From positions 128,001 through 192,000 of the IMG/VR virus record IMGVR_UViG_3300031993_000008: a DNA stretch of 64,000 nucleotides, one strand, 5' to 3'. This DNA comes from a virus. Its lineage: Duplodnaviria; Caudoviricetes. The notes beneath the pieces are model-generated. The model saw only the letters and a program-made list of their open reading frames with translations, searched no databases and was not told the DNA's origin. The position numbers and the translations under genes are program-made. Every line of letters begins with the position of its first letter. Position 1 is the stretch's first letter. Of this stretch, positions 59,111-64,000 are shown one piece after another.

Positions 59111-60823
59111 TTATGATTTTTTTGAATTGAAATACTGTTTTCTTTCATCCAGAATCTCATTCATCCTTTGTCTTTCCTCATCTGTCAGTTCATTGGATTC
59201 AGCAATGAATCTTTTCAGACTTCCCATTGATATTGCCCTTATCCTGAGTTCTTTGAGACATCTGTTCACTTCATTCAGGAGTTCCTTCCTGGTTATCTTT
59301 GTACTGGTGTTCTTTATCTTATCCACCATAAACAGTTTTATCTCCTTCTTTTTCCATCTTGACCTCTGTGATTTTTCTCTGTCCTCATTGGTGTAGGAAA
59401 CGTTATTGATGTTCTGCATTGAATAATCCCAGGCAGAATTGAATGTCTTCTTGAACTCACCGGTTGTAAATGATGATATGTTGGTGGTTTCGGGCCAAAC
59501 TCCATCATAAAACTCATCAGTCTTCTTGAACTCCTGATAGACAATATCATAAACCTCTCTTCTGAATTTGTCAAACTGCTCATGTGAGAGTTTGTGTATA
59601 TCCTCTTTGTTCCGGTATCCATATTTCTTTGACACATCCAGAACAGCATATCTTGTAAATGAAAGTACAAATGCATTTCTGGATTTACCGAACTTCCTTA
59701 TCTTCTTGGGTTTATTTTCTATTTTATTATCCTGGCTGATTTCAGATACATCATTTGCATCCTCAATCTTCATAACTTTCTTCTCTGTGACTTTCTTCAC
59801 CAGGGGATCCATCAGTCCAGACAACTTTCCACACCATTCCTGGAAATCAGGTGCATTTTCAAAATAAAGTTTCCTTTTCTCCTTTGATGAGAATATCTCC
59901 AACATATCATTCCTTGAGAGATATTTGATTTCTCCATCAGAGTAATATGGCATTTTCAGTTCCAGGTCATATATACCCATCAATGCAGACATAGGATTCT
60001 TTGCCTTCCAGAATGTGTAGTTGGTATCACCGAACTTTTTCTTCTTGCTTATGTTACATAATGCCAAGGTGATACGTCTGTACTGTACTCCCAGTTTGGA
60101 TATTTCAGTGAAATCAACTTTCCTGTAATCAAGTTCCTTATTCTTTTCAGAGTCATTCTTCAGTTCATTGATGATACTGTTGACAACCTCCATATTGATG
60201 TTTTTGTACTGGAGGTTCTGTATCAACCATTGGAGTTGAACATGGTTTGACTGGTGGTTGAATATAAAGAAATCAGGGAGTGCATCATACTTTGCAAACA
60301 GGAGAAGGATGTTGTTGAGTTCCTCTTCATTGTCAGGTCTGGTGCAATCCACATCAATATCCATCACCATAAGGTTTCTGGTGATTCTGTTGTATCCTGT
60401 ACCTATTGCAGTGTAGTTCCTGTATTCATAGCAGAGATCCAGGAAGTTGTTTATCTTCTTGTTTTTCATCTCTCCGGCAGTGATTCTCTTTGACGGTTCA
60501 TTTTTGGTTTTGGAGATATCATTGCTCTTCACTGAATACTCCACAAGTACATTGACATATGTACTTATACTGTTCCTGTACATTGCCCTCTTTGGGTCTA
60601 CAAAATATGCATTGGTCTCATCTGCCTTGTATGCCAAAAAGAAACTGTTGTCCCTTCTGAGATATACCGGTCTGAATGTATAATCCTTGAATGACTCATC
60701 TGTCCATCTTGAATCCTCCATCTTGAATGTCCAGGTGGAAGGATCTATCTTGGATGGTTTGTCCACATGAATCTTGAAGAGATCATTACTTGTTCTTAAT
60801 ATTTCCTTTAGGGTTTTTGGCAT
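59111..60823 (-). CDS. Putative ColE2-type Rep/replicase (AEP primase, PriCT-1-like, HTH)
   Basis: VMDIDVD; LPDFFIFNHQSNHVQLQW; GDTNYTFWKAKNP; SRNAFVLSFTRY; C-terminal HTH-like TRKELL...ISMGSLKRF. Confidence 0.55.
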   Translation of the reverse strand: MPKTLKEILRTSNDLFKIHVDKPSKIDPSTWTFKMEDSRWTDESFKDYTFRPVYLRRDNSFFLAYKADETNAYFVDPKRAMYRNSISTYVNVLVEYSVKSNDISKTKNEPSKRITAGEMKNKKINNFLDLCYEYRNYTAIGTGYNRITRNLMVMDIDVDCTRPDNEEELNNILLLFAKYDALPDFFIFNHQSNHVQLQWLIQNLQYKNINMEVVNSIINELKNDSEKNKELDYRKVDFTEISKLGVQYRRITLALCNISKKKKFGDTNYTFWKAKNPMSALMGIYDLELKMPYYSDGEIKYLSRNDMLEIFSSKEKRKLYFENAPDFQEWCGKLSGLMDPLVKKVTEKKVMKIEDANDVSEISQDNKIENKPKKIRKFGKSRNAFVLSFTRYAVLDVSKKYGYRNKEDIHKLSHEQFDKFRREVYDIVYQEFKKTDEFYDGVWPETTNISSFTTGEFKKTFNSAWDYSMQNINNVSYTNEDREKSQRSRWKKKEIKLFMVDKIKNTSTKITRKELLNEVNRCLKELRIRAISMGSLKRFIAESNELTDEERQRMNEILDERKQYFNSKKS

Positions 60824-60862
60824 AAATATTTTATATTGTAGTGTATTAAAAATAACAATAAT

Positions 60863-61615
60863 ATGAAAAAATTTGGAGAAATTTTAAATGAAGGTGCATG
60901 GGGTTATGAACCTGATGAAAATGATGGTACTCTTGACTTGAGAGGTGATATATTGTTTTCAATATGTGAACTGGTTTATGACAAGTGTTCCAATCCTACA
61001 GATACACAAGTTGCCTGGGAAAATCTCGGTGCAATTGAATCTTTCTTTGAAGAATTTACAAAAATAGAGGATTTCAGTCTTGGTGACAAGGAGTTTAACA
61101 AATACTATTACTGGTGGAGACTTATTGACAAGAAGAAGACCAAGAACATTGTCTTACTTTATGAAAAACTTCTTAATATGTGCAAGAAGGATGATAAGTG
61201 GATTGATGACTGGTCAGAACCGGATAAAATGAAGGAATCATTGAATAAGAGAGAGGAAGTCCTTGAAAGATGGAAGAAACTCCTTTCAGACAGGACAGAA
61301 TATGAGAAAGAACTGAAGAATAAAAGAAACACAACAAAACAGGCGGAAGCAACAACTGAAGTTGTTGAGGGTATCCAGGAGAGTAAAAGCAACCCCAATG
61401 ATTGGCCTGATGTAAAAACTCTTGGTAGTGGTTCATTTGAAGGTATCCTCTGGGGTCACTGTTTCCTTTACAATGAGCAGAAATATTATTCTGAAATGGG
61501 ATGGAGGAACTGTTATCCATCATACTGCAAGATGATAATTGAAAATGACAGTGTATTTCCGGAACAGGTTGATATATATCAGAGACCTAATTTAAGAAAG
61601 TTGTTTGATGAATAA
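60863..61615 (+). CDS. Hypothetical protein with N-terminal MKKFGEILNE motif
   Basis: 250 aa; CATAAATA at 60821-60828. Confidence 0.75.
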   Translation: MKKFGEILNEGAWGYEPDENDGTLDLRGDILFSICELVYDKCSNPTDTQVAWENLGAIESFFEEFTKIEDFSLGDKEFNKYYYWWRLIDKKKTKNIVLLYEKLLNMCKKDDKWIDDWSEPDKMKESLNKREEVLERWKKLLSDRTEYEKELKNKRNTTKQAEATTEVVEGIQESKSNPNDWPDVKTLGSGSFEGILWGHCFLYNEQKYYSEMGWRNCYPSYCKMIIENDSVFPEQVDIYQRPNLRKLFDE

Positions 61616-62177
61616 GTATGATATTCTTGAATGGTCAGACTATTTTGAGAAGGCCGGTGGAGTGGTAAATCCCAAGACAGACTTCCTGGAGAGTAACAGT
61701 ATTGTTCTCTATCCGGGAAGATTCTATGTACTTGAGTATATGGCAAAGACAAAGGAGAGGTTCAATTCCAGACCGGTCATTATCAGTATGGGTGTCAGTA
61801 AGAAAGAACCGGATTCATTCCTTTGTGTTGACCTCTGTGTGATGCCGGTCCAGGTCCGCAGAAGATTCCTTGAGATGTATTTCAACATTTACAAGAGGGA
61901 GATAATGGACAACATTGACAAATACTACCTGGTGGAAGATGCAGACAAACAGTCCTGGATGAAGAGTTTCAATTATGAGAATTTATGTAAGTCAATGCCA
62001 ATGCTTCCCATCAAGAATGCCATCAAGAGATACAAGATAGAGAACACATATAGGATTTATTCACTTCCTTTCAGTGGTGTCTATAAGGTTATTGGCAAGT
62101 TCTGTGATGAAAATTATTATGTAAATGGACACATAAAAGAAGTTCAGAAGGAATTTATTGACAAAATGAGGAAGTAA
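61608..62177 (+). CDS. T4 gp2-like DNA end protector protein
   Basis: PGRFYVLEY..K...RPVI...F..VDL..MP...R...L...AIKRY pattern. Confidence 0.55.
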   Translation: MNKYDILEWSDYFEKAGGVVNPKTDFLESNSIVLYPGRFYVLEYMAKTKERFNSRPVIISMGVSKKEPDSFLCVDLCVMPVQVRRRFLEMYFNIYKREIMDNIDKYYLVEDADKQSWMKSFNYENLCKSMPMLPIKNAIKRYKIENTYRIYSLPFSGVYKVIGKFCDENYYVNGHIKEVQKEFIDKMRK

Positions 62178-62189
62178 TTTGTTATATTT
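62178..62189 (+). promoter_or_regulatory. Putative middle promoter TTTGTTATATTT
   Basis: Recurrent 12-mer 5 nt before ATG 62195. Confidence 0.55.
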
Positions 62190-62194
62190 ACAAT

Positions 62195-62488
62195 ATGACA
62201 TTCGAAGAATTAAAACAAGAGTTTATTGACAAGGGTTTCCAGGTTGATGGAGACTCTTTTGTTCATGAGTTTGAGGATCCCAACACAACCATCAATGGTG
62301 TCCATCCCAAACAGAGATTTGAGATGACCTATATCTATGAGGGTTGGATGAAAGATTCCGGTGATTCTGATTCAGATTCTGATGATGGTGAACCATTGTA
62401 TGAGTTTGCTGTATTGGGTCAGAACAAAGAACCTGCATTTATGATATGTATAGGTAGTTTTGAAGACTTCACAGAACTTGTAAGATGA
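62195..62488 (+). CDS. Small acidic hypothetical protein
   Basis: 97 aa. Confidence 0.75.
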   Translation: MTFEELKQEFIDKGFQVDGDSFVHEFEDPNTTINGVHPKQRFEMTYIYEGWMKDSGDSDSDSDDGEPLYEFAVLGQNKEPAFMICIGSFEDFTELVR

Positions 62489-62706
62489 AAAGGATATTCA
62501 GGTTCATAAAAGCATTGTGGAGATACATATTGTATGGTAACAGGGTTTCCTTTATGTTGTATGTATCAAGACTGGATGAATGTTGCAAGTGTAAGGACTT
62601 TGGAACAGATGACAACCCTGACAAATGGGTTTGTGGAAAGTGTGGTTGTTATGTGACAAAGAAAGCAAAGATGTCAACAGAGAGATGTCCAAAAGGCAGA
62701 TGGTGA
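62485..62706 (+). CDS. Small Cys-rich zinc-binding protein (DUF6171-like)
   Basis: R..C.KC...CGKCGCYV..K......CP.G.W. Confidence 0.65.
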   Translation: MKRIFRFIKALWRYILYGNRVSFMLYVSRLDECCKCKDFGTDDNPDKWVCGKCGCYVTKKAKMSTERCPKGRW

Positions 62707-62735
62707 TGAGCATTCATCACCATTTTTCATAAATA
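62700..62735 (+). terminator. Terminator hairpin followed by late promoter CATAAATA (62728-62735)
   Basis: ATGGTGATGA-gcat-TCATCACCAT-TTTT. Confidence 0.7.
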
Positions 62736-62755
62736 CCTTATAATAGTATGTACTT

Positions 62756-64000
62756 ATGAATAATATAAAGAGTTTTGATGAGTTTACAGGTCATGAACTT
62801 GAACAAATGGTTTATGAGCAGGAACTTAATGAAGGAAGTATAATGGGTAAAGGCATCAGGGGTTTCTTCAATAAGAGAGCTGCCGGTAAGGTAAGGGCAG
62901 AACTTGCTGAAGAGATTGATATGAGTAAGTCCATTATGGATGGTATCAAGCAGGGTCTTGAGGAACTGAACAAAAACTTTGATGTAATAAGAGACAAGAT
63001 TGATAAATCTGATGATAAAGTTAAGGGTGAAAAACAGAAGACTCTTGATGCCATTATGAAGATTCTTGAGGATTCTAGAAAGAACACCTGGGACTTGAAT
63101 GAACTTATTGATGAGGGTGAGATTGATTATACAGGTTTCACTGCCAATGTTGGTATTGCAACAGTAGCATATTTTGGTATTCTTCTCACTCCATTCAGGG
63201 CTGCTGTTATGGTTCATAAGGGATATAACTATTTCTTCAACATTGTTAAGAACACAATCAGAAAATCTCTTGTAATGTTACAGTTGAACTTTGACCAGTT
63301 TGAAAACCTTATTATTACACAGGGATTCAAGAGTGCCGGATATATCCAGGCTGATGATTCTGCCCAGAAGATTTCAGAATTTTATGGAAGTATCAATGCA
63401 CAACTTTTTGGTGAGAAAGGTTCATTGAAAGGTAAGAGAGGAAGTAGAGAACTGGAGATGAAACTTAAGTCTGCAAAACAGCAGTTTGATCAGCAGATGA
63501 AAGCAGATAAACAGTTCCAGCAGGCTGATAATGCATATAATTGTCTTGATATGTACAATAATACTTACACAAAGTCATTGGAGGCATTGAGACAGTATTC
63601 TGGTGATGATGTTCAGAAACATCTTGATGCAATCAAGACATCAATGACCAAACTTGCTGGTCAAGAGGTTGATTTACAAACATATGCGGAATTACTTATC
63701 GCAACCGCAGAGGAACATGCATATAAGGTATCTTCTTCAATTTATAATAAATTTGCAAAGATGACTGAAGTATTCAGTCTTCCTAATCAACAGAAACTTC
63801 TTGACTTGATTCTTGAAGCAAACAAGGAGAATGAAAGTGCAGCAAAGAAACTGAAGAAAGAAAAGAGGGAAGAAAAGAAACTCAAGGAAGCAATTGAAGA
63901 AAACAATAAGAAAGAATCAGAAGGTCTTGATGTATTCAAATCAATTGATGGGGTTGAGATTGGTGAGATAGATGATGAGACAAAGAAATATGACAAGTCA
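62756..64000 (+). CDS. Helical hypothetical protein, probably an internal head protein (runs off the window; absent from the ORF track)
   Basis: MNNIKSFDEFTGHELEQMVYEQELNEG...; frame appears open for 415 codons to the window end. Confidence 0.75.
   Translation, partial: MNNIKSFDEFTGHELEQMVYEQELNEGSIMGKGIRGFFNKRAAGKVRAELAEEIDMSKSIMDGIKQGLEELNKNFDVIRDKIDKSDDKVKGEKQKTLDAIMKILEDSRKNTWDLNELIDEGEIDYTGFTANVGIATVAYFGILLTPFRAAVMVHKGYNYFFNIVKNTIRKSLVMLQLNFDQFENLIITQGFKSAGYIQADDSAQKISEFYGSINAQLFGEKGSLKGKRGSRELEMKLKSAKQQFDQQMKADKQFQQADNAYNCLDMYNNTYTKSLEALRQYSGDDVQKHLDAIKTSMTKLAGQEVDLQTYAELLIATAEEHAYKVSSSIYNKFAKMTEVFSLPNQQKLLDLILEANKENESAAKKLKKEKREEKKLKEAIEENNKKESEGLDVFKSIDGVEIGEIDDETKKYDKS

Noticed and set aside
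1-64000. Active stop-codon reassignment
   Set aside because: Genes up to 8.6 kb are intact under code 11 and coding density is high.
1-64000. tRNA, rRNA or other structured RNA genes
   Set aside because: Intergenic gaps are short and AT-rich and I recognised no cloverleaf or rRNA signature. A tRNAscan or Infernal run would be needed to exclude them formally.

Overview
This window is part of an AT-rich jumbo/mega-phage genome with T4-like core genes, most likely infecting Bacteroidota. It carries a gp61-like primase, a UvsW helicase, a gp2-like protein, a CATAAATA late-promoter motif and two canonical TTTG-N20-TAnnTTTG host promoters, and I saw no Shine-Dalgarno signals. Left part (1-24 kb): a truncated probable structural gene, dnaK, late genes with a T4 capsid-targeting-like N-terminal motif (DUF1704 peptidase, DUF2201 peptidase-VWA plus MoxR-like AAA ATPase), a free-standing PD-(D/E)xK endonuclease, a metallophosphoesterase, three tandem DNA methyltransferases, nrdDG, guanylate kinase, primase and GroES. 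Middle (24-57.5 kb): a late cluster of Ser/Thr-rich Ig-like fibre genes, a glycosyltransferase pair, and two giant proteins (LTD-purple acid phosphatase; LamG-CotH kinase-LRR). Right part: UvsW, a ColE2-type Rep-like protein, a gp2-like protein and hypotheticals. The most striking observations are: (1) consecutive fibre genes break in the middle of a Big_2 Ig fold, one gene ending with the N-half and the next starting with the C-half, which suggests a fibre assembled by split-domain complementation with two alternative tips; (2) an orphan intein that keeps only NP/CGE remnants of a lost ribonucleotide reductase; (3) a set of enzymes that appear late-expressed and capsid-targeted. All family assignments come from motif recognition by eye; no searches were run.
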